DNA of 64,000 nucleotides from a virus: IMG/VR virus record IMGVR_UViG_3300035698_006643, positions 1 to 64,000 of that record; one strand, 5' to 3'. Shown piece by piece: positions 29,627 to 38,465 of this stretch (position 1 is its first letter; each line of letters starts with the position of its first letter). The notes under the pieces were generated by a model. It saw only the letters and a program-made list of their open reading frames with translations, ran no database searches and was not told where the DNA came from. The position numbers and the translations under genes were made by a program.

Positions 29627-30224
29627 GAACCACCCCTTGAAGGTTGTGAACCATGTATCCAGCGTCAGTACCATAGTCGTGATACAACCCGACAAACTCA
29701 GGATGTGCCGTGAATAGCCACAGTCCCTTTGGAATCTCTTCCGTGAACAACGTCGGCAGACCTGCTTCAAACAGCAAATGATTGCAGACGCTGTCTTCAT
29801 CTTTGGCCCGGTCTAACTTGAATGTGTCTGGGTGAACGAACAGCTTGTTCACCACAAGCTCATTTTCCCCAAACCGTACAAGGACGTCATCCACCCCTTG
29901 AAGGGTCATTGGCTGTGCTTGCACGCATCCCCAGCCGTATAATCGTCCCTGGTCGTAGATGAACTTCACCAGTTCCCCAAAAACCCCTGTGGCAGTCTTA
30001 CAGTAGACCCCATAGCGGACTAAGCCGTTGTTAGTGTCGCCGTCTTCAGCACTCTTGGACCGGAACCCAGGGTGAACTACAGGTTTCGCCCGACTGTTGG
30101 AAACGATGAATGGTTTCAAGGAGAGGTCTATGGGTGCCTGAACAAAGCCGACAAACGGCTTATTCGGGTCGCCTGGAACCGTCTCTTTGTTGTACAGCAG
30201 CATTTGTTTGAAAAGTTCATCCAT
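29604..30224 (-). CDS. Protein resembling the C-terminal half of the major capsid protein
   Basis: By-eye alignment to MCP: IPKGLWLFTAHPEFVG vs VPAGFVYVCTEPEYFG; GYMVHNLQGVV vs GIGCHNPRGLV. Confidence 0.55.
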   Translation of the reverse strand: MDELFKQMLLYNKETVPGDPNKPFVGFVQAPIDLSLKPFIVSNSRAKPVVHPGFRSKSAEDGDTNNGLVRYGVYCKTATGVFGELVKFIYDQGRLYGWGCVQAQPMTLQGVDDVLVRFGENELVVNKLFVHPDTFKLDRAKDEDSVCNHLLFEAGLPTLFTEEIPKGLWLFTAHPEFVGLYHDYGTDAGYMVHNLQGVVLAGKISS

Positions 30225-30681
30225 AGAGCCACCCCCAGAAAGCCACCCACGCCATCACAAAAGGATTCGGACGTTGGAGGTCAGTATCTATCGTGGCTTC
30301 CCCGAGGACCCAAAGGAGGGACCGAACATCCCTGAACTCAGGGTCAGTCCGATAGTTACGGTTGATATGCTGTATCAATTCAGCGTAAAGACTGTCTAAA
30401 TTTTTCTTGAAAATGAATGACCTACAGGATTGAGCCTGTTCCGGGCGGTTGCAATCAACTACGAGTTCCTGAGTGGACAGAAGGTTGCAGACACAGAACG
30501 GGGTCCCGTCTGGGAAGTCAACACTCGTTTCTTGATTGAAAGCACAGTTCGACGGTAGTGGCTTGAGTGCTGATTTTGAATAGCGCTGGTAGTGCCGAAA
30601 GACGACTCTACGCAGCTTCTTCGTCACTTGGGTCTGGTTCTTCACACCGTACCTGCTTGTAGGTCGTTTCCCCTTCCCCAT
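30217..30681 (-). CDS. Hypothetical Cys-containing protein with hydrophobic C-terminus
   Basis: 154-aa ORF overlapping both neighbours. Confidence 0.55.
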   Translation of the reverse strand: MGKGKRPTSRYGVKNQTQVTKKLRRVVFRHYQRYSKSALKPLPSNCAFNQETSVDFPDGTPFCVCNLLSTQELVVDCNRPEQAQSCRSFIFKKNLDSLYAELIQHINRNYRTDPEFRDVRSLLWVLGEATIDTDLQRPNPFVMAWVAFWGWLYG

Positions 30682-31273
30682 TTATGCTGGCGTTATAAGC
30701 CGTATGGGCATGTTCGAGAAATTCAGTAATGTGGGTCACCATCAGGAGATTCAGTCCAGTCTTCGCACAGAACTTCCGGAGGAACTCCCCCATCGCTGTG
30801 CGGTACTTTTCTGACAGAGCTCCCAACGGTTCATCAGCCACAACGAGCGGAACCAACCCAAGGCGAAGCGTAGTGAACAAGCGAAGGATAAGCCCCTGAC
30901 TGACGGCAATACCGCCGCCAAAGGCTTCCATCACATCACCCTGGACTTCCCCATAGGCTTTTTCTTCGATAGTCTCCAGGTCAACATTGACCCGGTTTCT
31001 CTTCACCGAAATCTGAGGCTGTACCGATAGCTTCTTGTCCGTAAAAATGGCCCGCATCCCTTCAGTTAGAAGGGACGCAAGGTCTTCGGCTTTGGACTTC
31101 AGCATCAGGTCCAATAACGTGTGAAGTACCGCCACGACCTTTGTGTACAGGTCTACGGACTCCGTGATTTGAATAATCTGAGCTTCAGTCGCCTTCACAC
31201 GACTTTTAGCACCATCACGGAGCCCCTGAAGACGGCTAGATTCAGCCATCAACTGTTCGATTCGTTCTTGCAT
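30608..31273 (-). CDS. SbcC/Rad50-like ATPase, C-terminal half
   Basis: Coiled coil, signature-like FGGG, Walker B VVADEP, H-loop MVTH. Confidence 0.8.
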   Translation of the reverse strand: MQERIEQLMAESSRLQGLRDGAKSRVKATEAQIIQITESVDLYTKVVAVLHTLLDLMLKSKAEDLASLLTEGMRAIFTDKKLSVQPQISVKRNRVNVDLETIEEKAYGEVQGDVMEAFGGGIAVSQGLILRLFTTLRLGLVPLVVADEPLGALSEKYRTAMGEFLRKFCAKTGLNLLMVTHITEFLEHAHTAYNASINGEGETTYKQVRCEEPDPSDEEAA

Positions 31274-31275
31274 CG

Positions 31276-32472
31276 CTAGTCCTTCAACGCCGTGAACAAT
31301 GTCAGACGGACTTCTTGTCCACCGGCAATGTCTTCAACGGACCGGAAACGGATGAACTGGCCTGGAGACATCAGGATATCAAATTCATCCGGCATTCCGA
31401 CAAGACCCTGTAAGCATCTCTTCCATAGCACAGGAATGCTTCACGGGCCGGCTTCATCTTCCCGAACAACCGGAACGATTAGTCCAAACGGCTTCCGTCT
31501 GTCTGGCGTCATAGCCTGAAGGCCCAGATTGATTGCACCTGATTCGTCACCCAGTGTCAGGGCGATATAGGAAGAAGAACCCCCCCCGACGCTCTTCGTT
31601 GTATCCATCGCTGACTTCAGTATCATCAAGTTGGAGTGGAGGTCATCCCTCTTGACTCTCAATACCACAGGTTCCTTCAGGTCAGCCGTCGGGTTGATTG
31701 TAGTCGGTGGTGGGAAGGACGCTGACTTCTTGATACCGAACGTACACCCTCCACACATGAAGTGGTACATATCCGGCGCTTCCAGAACTTCGACATCTGT
31801 CCCGTCGATTTCGTCTTCATCGGCAGACTTGAGCTTCGACAAAACAGATACGAGCTTTGTGCAGTCACTCTCTTGAAGCAGGAACTTCTTCTTGTCAACA
31901 ATCCCAGGAGTCTGATACGCCCCGACAATCTTTCCATTCATCCCGATGAAGAACCCGTTCATGCTTTCAACGAAAGCGAAATTGGGGTCTTTCTTGGAGA
32001 CGAACTCTTTCGTGAAGGCCAATCCCATCTCCAGCGTTTTCAACTTGAAGATGTCCATGGGTTCAGCCGTGGACATAGTCCCTTCGTAGCTGAAATGTTC
32101 GTTCGTTTCCCAGAACTGGTACGGGATAGGCTGTCGGTTTCCAAAAGTGACGCTAACATACTTCCCGCCACCTTCTTCCTGGACTTCCATCAGAATGGAA
32201 TCTTCCTTGGCGTATGGAAGGGCCGCTGTCATCCGGGCACATTCCATCGAGAAAACTTCACCACCGCTCACGTCTTCCGATTCCATCGGAATCGTAAGTC
32301 TTGACATGAACCGCCCGTCATATCCTGCAATTTCCAGTTCGGTAGGGCTCAGGCAACGGAACATCAAGCCTTTCCGCCACATCCATTCGTCTCTGGGTTC
32401 AACAACAGCACAGGCGATACCTGCGATTGTCACCGCTCGTTGAAATTCTTCAGTGTTGACTCTAACCTTCAT
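31276..32472 (-). CDS. dnaN: DNA polymerase III beta clamp-like protein with in-frame TGA at 31441-31443
   Basis: MKVRVNTEEFQRAVTIA N-terminus and three-domain pattern; after the TGA the frame runs 54 more codons to a TAG 2 nt before the next ATG (398 aa with readthrough). Confidence 0.7.
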
Positions 32473-32737
32473 CGGTTTCCTCCGTAAATTTCTTCAGGCT
32501 TTCCTCTGCAATAGTGAGGTCGGCCTCAAATGATTCAAGGGAGCCCTGGAGTGCTTCCTTCTTTTCCTTCAATACATCCTGAATCGTATCGGGGTCATAC
32601 CCTGCTTCCGTAATCTCAGAACGCAGGCGTTTCTGTTCTGATTCCAGATGGTCTTTACGACCCACCAGTGCCGCTTTCTGGGAAGCCAGGCTGTCCCGCC
32701 GTTTCTTCAAAGATTCAAGTTCCTGTACTGTTGCCAT
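32462..32737 (-). CDS. Small coiled-coil protein, possible linker piece of the split SbcC
   Basis: 91 aa of heptad repeats between the two SbcC halves. Confidence 0.6.
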   Translation of the reverse strand: MATVQELESLKKRRDSLASQKAALVGRKDHLESEQKRLRSEITEAGYDPDTIQDVLKEKKEALQGSLESFEADLTIAEESLKKFTEETDEG

Positions 32738-32748
32738 ATCCTACACCC

Positions 32749-33627
32749 CTAAAGTTTCAGGACCCCCTTGGGTCCAAAGTCAATCTTATCATCAGGCTTA
32801 GTTCTTGCGGCCTTCCGCTTTACCTGCATTGCACTATATGGGATACAACTCCCAGCGACCTGGGCGTAGCGACAATAACGACAAGCCGAAGGCGTTGGGG
32901 TCGCATCAAATTCTTCACGCTTCACCGCATTTGTCATCTGAATCAGGCGGTCACGAAGGTCTCTTAGGTCCGCTGCCGTCCAGAAGATTTCGTCCCACAT
33001 CTTGCCTGTGTCCCAAACCCCGGCTTCATTTCGTTCAGCGAAACGATACCACCAGAAAACCAGCTTCTTGGGTACTATCTGTTCGGACAAGAACGTGGCC
33101 AAAGCATAGAACAGCAACTGGTCACTAGAATTGAATCTGCCCTTCTTGCGGCCAGCTTTTCCGTCCACAATCCAGACTTCGTCAGCAGATGCGTAACGAA
33201 AGTCAATCCGCCCCCCGACTTCGTCTTCATTCGTCAGCTTTCCCTTCACAAAGATTTCGACATCGGTCTGAGGAGCTAGAAGCTTGTAGTCCTTTACGGA
33301 CTGCAAGATACCGGGAAGGATGTCCTGTACCCCCTGAATAATCGTTTCAGGTGTGTCATTGAAGAACGGGGCTTCCCAATTCACATAGATGTCCCGAAGA
33401 CACAAGTCGAGAACTTCTGGAACAGCATCCACCATCCTCTGTAAAACCGAAGACCCGTCAAGGTACCATCGTTCCTTGTAGAACAGTTCCATCAACTTCT
33501 GGGTGACTGTCCCAAAGATAGCGTAATGGTGGCTGTCGTCGCCCTTCCCTTCATCCATTATCCACTTTCGGTAGAATCGTGAAGGACACTCTTTGAAGTC
33601 GCTGTAGGAACTGTACGAAACAAACAT
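32749..33627 (-). CDS. PD-(D/E)XK nuclease (RecB/AddB/Cas4-like)
   Basis: SYS..CP, GRIDF..IVDGKAG, QLLFY, C-terminal CRYC..C. Confidence 0.85.
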   Translation of the reverse strand: MFVSYSSYSDFKECPSRFYRKWIMDEGKGDDSHHYAIFGTVTQKLMELFYKERWYLDGSSVLQRMVDAVPEVLDLCLRDIYVNWEAPFFNDTPETIIQGVQDILPGILQSVKDYKLLAPQTDVEIFVKGKLTNEDEVGGRIDFRYASADEVWIVDGKAGRKKGRFNSSDQLLFYALATFLSEQIVPKKLVFWWYRFAERNEAGVWDTGKMWDEIFWTAADLRDLRDRLIQMTNAVKREEFDATPTPSACRYCRYAQVAGSCIPYSAMQVKRKAARTKPDDKIDFGPKGVLKL

Positions 33628-34604
33628 CAGGAAGCCTCCTCCGCTTCACCACGAAGGAGTTCAAGAACGACAGACCGGACATCGTCCGCTATGTCTATGT
33701 CCTTGAGCATCCCTTCCAGGTCGTCTTTCGTACTTACAGTCGCTTCGTGTTTGAGGCGGGCCACAAAGGTTTCAATCTGCTTGTCTTCGTATTGCTGTTG
33801 CTGTCGTTCTTCCACCTTGAAGATATTGCTTGCCGGTTCTACTTCAAGAGGGACAACTTCGACCGCTACCCCATCCTTCTTGATATCCAAGACAGCGACT
33901 TTGGGGATTCGGTCCATCGTTTCGTAGCGTAGCGACCCACGACTAACCGCCCCCAGATTTACAAACACCTTCCCATCAATCTCTTCTACGCCCTGGTCCA
34001 TGTGCCAGTGCCCAAAGCACCAGACATCGACCCAGGGGAATTCAGAAATCAGGTCATAGTACTTGAACACTGGGGTACCGTAGAACTCACCACCAGCTTT
34101 GGAGGCAAAGTAGTGAACCACAGCCACCGTCTTATCAACTGGGTAAGCAGGCGGGTAAAGTGCTTCCTTTAGGTCCTCTAGGGTCATTCGCTTCTGGTAT
34201 GGGACGGCCCGCACACTAATCTTACCAGCTTTTTCGTGGATGATGCCGGGGCCAGCCCGCAACAGTGTCACCGCCCCAGATTCAGCCAGTACCTGAAGCG
34301 GCTGCTTATCCAAAGAGTCGAGACTGTCGTGGGTGATGTCGTGGTTCCCAGGAACCACGAAGGTCGGAATCTTTGCTTCCTTGTGGACTCGAATCAGGTC
34401 AACCATCAACGAATGGCTATTCCGACTCGGGCTCTTCAAGTAAAAGAGGTCACCGCCGTCAAGAATCGCATCAGCCCCACGGTCCTGTGCTATGCGATTA
34501 ATCTGTCGGAGCTTTCCCAGTATGGTTGCCTTCCAGTCGTCGGTACGACTTTCTGGAGCCCGGTCTGCAATGTGGACGTCTGTCCTAAAAACGAATCGAC
34601 TCAT
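33627..34604 (-). CDS. sbcD: SbcD/Mre11-like metallophosphoesterase nuclease
   Basis: TDVH, GGDLF, PGNHD, GHWH. Confidence 0.88.
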   Translation of the reverse strand: MSRFVFRTDVHIADRAPESRTDDWKATILGKLRQINRIAQDRGADAILDGGDLFYLKSPSRNSHSLMVDLIRVHKEAKIPTFVVPGNHDITHDSLDSLDKQPLQVLAESGAVTLLRAGPGIIHEKAGKISVRAVPYQKRMTLEDLKEALYPPAYPVDKTVAVVHYFASKAGGEFYGTPVFKYYDLISEFPWVDVWCFGHWHMDQGVEEIDGKVFVNLGAVSRGSLRYETMDRIPKVAVLDIKKDGVAVEVVPLEVEPASNIFKVEERQQQQYEDKQIETFVARLKHEATVSTKDDLEGMLKDIDIADDVRSVVLELLRGEAEEAS

Positions 34605-35773
34605 TTGACCTCCCGTTCACATAAGGGACATACAGTCCCGAGTGCTTCGGTCCAGTCTTCCTCAGTCTGATGAATCTCATCGTTCAATTCAGTTAGGTCT
34701 TTCATTGTCGTTGAAAGTGCGTACTGAAGCGACTGACCCGCTGACAGCCAGAGTTCCATCCGTTGTATGCCCTTCACCATCGAAGAGACATCTTTGTCCT
34801 GGGGGACTTCAACATCTTCGACGCCTATGAGGTTCTGAAGAAGCCCGCCGATAGATTTCAGGCGCTGACTAAATGCTTCAGCATCTACAATTTCCTGGTG
34901 AAGTTCCCGGAAGTCCACCGATTCAGGGATACTGACTCCAGACACACCAGTAAGTGAATCAATCGTTTCCTGACCAGCTACCATCAACATAGCAAAACGC
35001 CCGACGGTCTTGACATCTTCCAGAAGCCCTTCGACCGAATCAGCACTGGGGATTGCCACAAGATTGATACCATCAAGAGTCGCCACATCTACCATAAGGG
35101 TCTGAAAGGTCTTCTGCTGGACCTGAAGGGCCTGGTACGCCCTCCCTTCAACCTGGATAGACTTCCACCTACCCTTGACTAATTCAACGCCCTGTACCGC
35201 ATCGTCAAGACCTTCATAGACCAGAAGTTCAGCCTGGTCGTCTTCCAGGTCAGAAGTGCGGACTTTAAGCTGGCTCTTGAAGTCTCGGAGTCGTTTCTCA
35301 CCCATCCGAATAGCAGGGTTCACCCGTTCAATCCCAGTCACCGAACAGATTGCTTCAGCGATGAAGGACCCGGACTTGTCCAATAGAAACGGTCGGCTAC
35401 TGTCGTGCTGGTCGGCTATCTGAGGGACAACCCTATCGGACCCCGACACAAGTTCCCCGAACCCCAGACCTTCCAGAAAGTCTGGACGGCCCCGATTCAC
35501 AGAACTCAGAAGGTCACCGTTTACAGTGTACTGGTTGACTCCCTTTCCCTTTTCCCAAATGACATCGACCTTGTCTCCGTCATTCAATTCCACACGGACA
35601 ACCCCCTTACCCTTATGGATGAAGTGGTTGCCCCCCTGGTTGGTCATCAATCCCTTTACGGACCGAACCAATGCCGACTTGCCGACATTGGTTTCACCGG
35701 CGACAACTGTAAACCCTTTCACCTGGATTTCAGTGTCCTTGATGGACTGGTAGTTTTGAATCCGGATTTTCAT
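34601..35773 (-). CDS. sbcC: SbcC/Rad50-like ATPase, N-terminal half ending at the Zn hook
   Basis: IQNYQS, Walker A GETNVGKS, Q-loop, coiled coil, C-terminal CPLC. Confidence 0.85.
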   Translation of the reverse strand: MKIRIQNYQSIKDTEIQVKGFTVVAGETNVGKSALVRSVKGLMTNQGGNHFIHKGKGVVRVELNDGDKVDVIWEKGKGVNQYTVNGDLLSSVNRGRPDFLEGLGFGELVSGSDRVVPQIADQHDSSRPFLLDKSGSFIAEAICSVTGIERVNPAIRMGEKRLRDFKSQLKVRTSDLEDDQAELLVYEGLDDAVQGVELVKGRWKSIQVEGRAYQALQVQQKTFQTLMVDVATLDGINLVAIPSADSVEGLLEDVKTVGRFAMLMVAGQETIDSLTGVSGVSIPESVDFRELHQEIVDAEAFSQRLKSIGGLLQNLIGVEDVEVPQDKDVSSMVKGIQRMELWLSAGQSLQYALSTTMKDLTELNDEIHQTEEDWTEALGTVCPLCEREVK

Positions 35774-37056
35774 GTTTGTTCCTCATCGACGGGCAAAAGG
35801 TCGGGGTCTTCTTCATCCTTGGCAACCTTTCCATCTACACCGGGCATATCATCCATGTCCTCGTTTTTGGCGAACTTTGCCCGGTCTTCGTCGGTGATAT
35901 ACAAGTCGTCTTCTTCGTCATCGTCGTCAGTTCCGGCCCCCTTCGCCTCGATCCGCTTCAAGTCCGAATCAGAGACTTGCATCTGAGTCTTTGAAAGCTT
36001 CTCGACAAGTGTCATCAGCGACTTTTCGATTTCGAGATAGACGGCCTCATTATCTTGCATGAAGGTTCGGACCTGTTCAATCCCTTGAACCTTCATCAGT
36101 TCTTCGCCTGTAGCAGTCTTGTAGCTGTACCAAGACCCGGACTTCACAACCAATTCGTGAAGCTGAGCCAGGTCCAGCACAGTTCTGGACTTATCAAACC
36201 CTTCACCAAACCGCATCATAGCCACAACGCTTGACCCTTGCTGAGCCGTAACCTTGTTCTTCACGCAAATGAAACGGACCTTCATATTCAGGGGAATCTT
36301 CTTATTGGTCTTTTCCAGGGGGTCCACAAATTCCTTCAGTTCCTTACCGATGACTTTCATCGACATCCGAATGGAAGCGTAGTGACGAAGCGCCTTACCG
36401 CCTGTCGTGGTTTCAAAGGCGCTGTTTCCCCCACCGGCTGTCAGATTGATTCCAGTTCGCATCTGGTTCAGGAAGAGAACTGCCGTTTGTTTCCCATACT
36501 TCGTGTTCCAGTAGTTCAGGAGCTTGCAGAAACGGCCTGTGAGGGCGGCGTGGAGGCCAAGACGGTCATCTTTGTCAATGATGTTGTCAGACTCCAGAAT
36601 CTTCCTGGGAACCATCGCTGCCAACGAATCGTAAATTATCAGGTCAACACCAGCCGCTAAGAACTGGCCAGCGATATGGGCTCCTTGTTCAAAGTACTCA
36701 GGCTGGTACAGGAAGAAGTTGTCGTCGTCGAAATCCATCCCAAGGGTACGGACATACTGGTGCCGCATCGTGTGTTCGTAATCGTTGTAAACTACTGTCC
36801 CACCCTTCCGAAGACAGTCGATAGCAATCTGGGCTGCCAAAGTGGATTTCCCACACGACTCTGGGCCATAGAGTTCGATGATGTGCCCCCGTGGGAGACC
36901 AGAACATTGAAACCCACCGAACCCATAATCAATGAGGGGGTTTCCAGTGGATACCGCTGGGAGTTCGTCCTTCCCTTCTTTCATAGGAATGAGTCCCAGG
37001 GTTTTTTCAAGGGCCTTGACTGCTGCCAGTGACCTTGGTCGTGCTTTCTTCGCCAT
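35770..37056 (-). CDS. recA: RecA/UvsX recombinase
   Basis: GLPRGHIIELYGPESCGKST, DSLAAM, NQMR, TTGGKALRHYASIR, KNKV. Confidence 0.95.
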   Translation of the reverse strand: MAKKARPRSLAAVKALEKTLGLIPMKEGKDELPAVSTGNPLIDYGFGGFQCSGLPRGHIIELYGPESCGKSTLAAQIAIDCLRKGGTVVYNDYEHTMRHQYVRTLGMDFDDDNFFLYQPEYFEQGAHIAGQFLAAGVDLIIYDSLAAMVPRKILESDNIIDKDDRLGLHAALTGRFCKLLNYWNTKYGKQTAVLFLNQMRTGINLTAGGGNSAFETTTGGKALRHYASIRMSMKVIGKELKEFVDPLEKTNKKIPLNMKVRFICVKNKVTAQQGSSVVAMMRFGEGFDKSRTVLDLAQLHELVVKSGSWYSYKTATGEELMKVQGIEQVRTFMQDNEAVYLEIEKSLMTLVEKLSKTQMQVSDSDLKRIEAKGAGTDDDDEEDDLYITDEDRAKFAKNEDMDDMPGVDGKVAKDEEDPDLLPVDEEQT

Positions 37057-37733
37057 TAGGAAACCTCCGGTGATTCTAAGTCATCCTTTGAAAAAATGAA
37101 GTAACGGTCCCCTTCTCTGAAGACCAGACCCTTCTTCAATACAAGCCCCGCCCGTAGTCCCTTCGTAATTCGGTACTCTCTTAGGTACACGTGGGTTTCG
37201 ACGACATTGAGGTCGTCGTCACTGAGGTCACCAGCTAAGTACTTGAAGAACCTGGCTCCAAACCAACCAGCTACCATAGCGTCGGCTTCATGGTTGTTCA
37301 ACCGCATCTTTGCTTTCTTCACCCCAGGAGGCGCCACCAGCTTCTTTGCCCAATCAATCATGTCCTGTTTGAACATCTTCCGACCGCCCTGATGCCCGCG
37401 AGCCAGCGCTTTAAGCTGGCCTGGAGCAAACAGAACAACATCGCAACGACAGTCCCGAAGTGCCTGGAGATAGTACAGGTACAGCCCATACAGACCTTCT
37501 GAATAGGATGAACCAAAGACAGGTGATTCTGTCCCGACCAAACGCACATCAGGATACCGTTGGAGAAGTGTTCTTACCTGGTCTTGAAGATATTTGTAGC
37601 GGTCTACGAAGAACATTCGAGGAGTCGTGTGGAACGTCCCCCTGTCAACTATTCGGCCAACAGGAGGAGCGTCTGAATCCACAAGAACCCAACCGAAATT
37701 TCGGAGTGATGGGTCGAATCCGAATGCAAGCAT
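37056..37733 (-). CDS. ruvC: RuvC-like Holliday junction resolvase
   Basis: GFDPSLRNFGW, E motif, NHEADA. Confidence 0.8.
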   Translation of the reverse strand: MLAFGFDPSLRNFGWVLVDSDAPPVGRIVDRGTFHTTPRMFFVDRYKYLQDQVRTLLQRYPDVRLVGTESPVFGSSYSEGLYGLYLYYLQALRDCRCDVVLFAPGQLKALARGHQGGRKMFKQDMIDWAKKLVAPPGVKKAKMRLNNHEADAMVAGWFGARFFKYLAGDLSDDDLNVVETHVYLREYRITKGLRAGLVLKKGLVFREGDRYFIFSKDDLESPEVS

Positions 37734-37738
37734 CCTGA

Positions 37739-38401
37739 CTAGGTGCCGGCAATGAGGTCGTCGAAGTTTGCGGAAGATTCGCTTCCAGTGCTGGCAGAAG
37801 GAGCGTCCACACCCAACTTCTCTCGGACTTCTTCGATGGTGACTTTGCGGCCAACCTGCACTTTCTTCGCAAGGATACGAACCTTGGACAGAACCTTGGC
37901 CTTGAGTTCAGGCTTCATCTGCCAGATGGACTCGTTCTGGACGAAGAATTCCATGTTCTGGAACTTGGGGTCCTTGTCCTTGGGAGCCCGAATCTTGAGG
38001 TCGTGCTTCGCAAGCGGCGTGACTTTGTTGTGTTCACGAAGCGTGTCGAACTTGCCCTTGTCCATGTACCACGGGACAATAGTGAAGTTGAGTGGCTTCG
38101 TGGGCTGTCCGTTCTTGTCGGTATTGTAAATAAGGGCCAGCGTACCGATTCGGGCCTTGCCGGTTCCCAACAGTCCAGCGATTTCATCGCTAGAGAGAAT
38201 CATCCCAAGGTCGGGATGGAAGTGAGTCTCGCCACCGACAAAGGTGACGTGTTCAGTGTCGAGGTTTCCGTCCTTGTCCTCGTCGAACATCACGATGGCC
38301 ACCCGCTCGGTCTGACCTCGGGCTTCCATCTTGAAAGGTTTGTCGCTGTCGAGCAAATCCTTTGGTGCGTTGTCGAATCCGAATTTCATCTGGTCAGTCA
38401 T
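37739..38401 (-). CDS. Probable single-stranded DNA-binding protein (gp32-like)
   Basis: GGAGG RBS before ATG 38401; HDLKI..FQNMEF core and acidic tail NFDDLIAG; located next to recA and ruvC. Confidence 0.6.
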   Translation of the reverse strand: MTDQMKFGFDNAPKDLLDSDKPFKMEARGQTERVAIVMFDEDKDGNLDTEHVTFVGGETHFHPDLGMILSSDEIAGLLGTGKARIGTLALIYNTDKNGQPTKPLNFTIVPWYMDKGKFDTLREHNKVTPLAKHDLKIRAPKDKDPKFQNMEFFVQNESIWQMKPELKAKVLSKVRILAKKVQVGRKVTIEEVREKLGVDAPSASTGSESSANFDDLIAGT

Positions 38402-38465
38402 TTGGTCTCCTCCGTGTTTGGACCTACTATCTGATACAGTTCTAGTTCTTTCCTCACAGTTCCCC

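Noticed and set aside
31390-31443. Selenocysteine insertion (SECIS) at the beta-clamp TGA
   Set aside because: The hairpin loop is only about 8 nt from the UGA, closer than in typical bacterial SECIS elements, and there is no redox Cys context.
32749-33627. Cas4 of a CRISPR-Cas system
   Set aside because: No other cas genes or array; it lies in a recombination cluster, consistent with a stand-alone PD-(D/E)XK nuclease.
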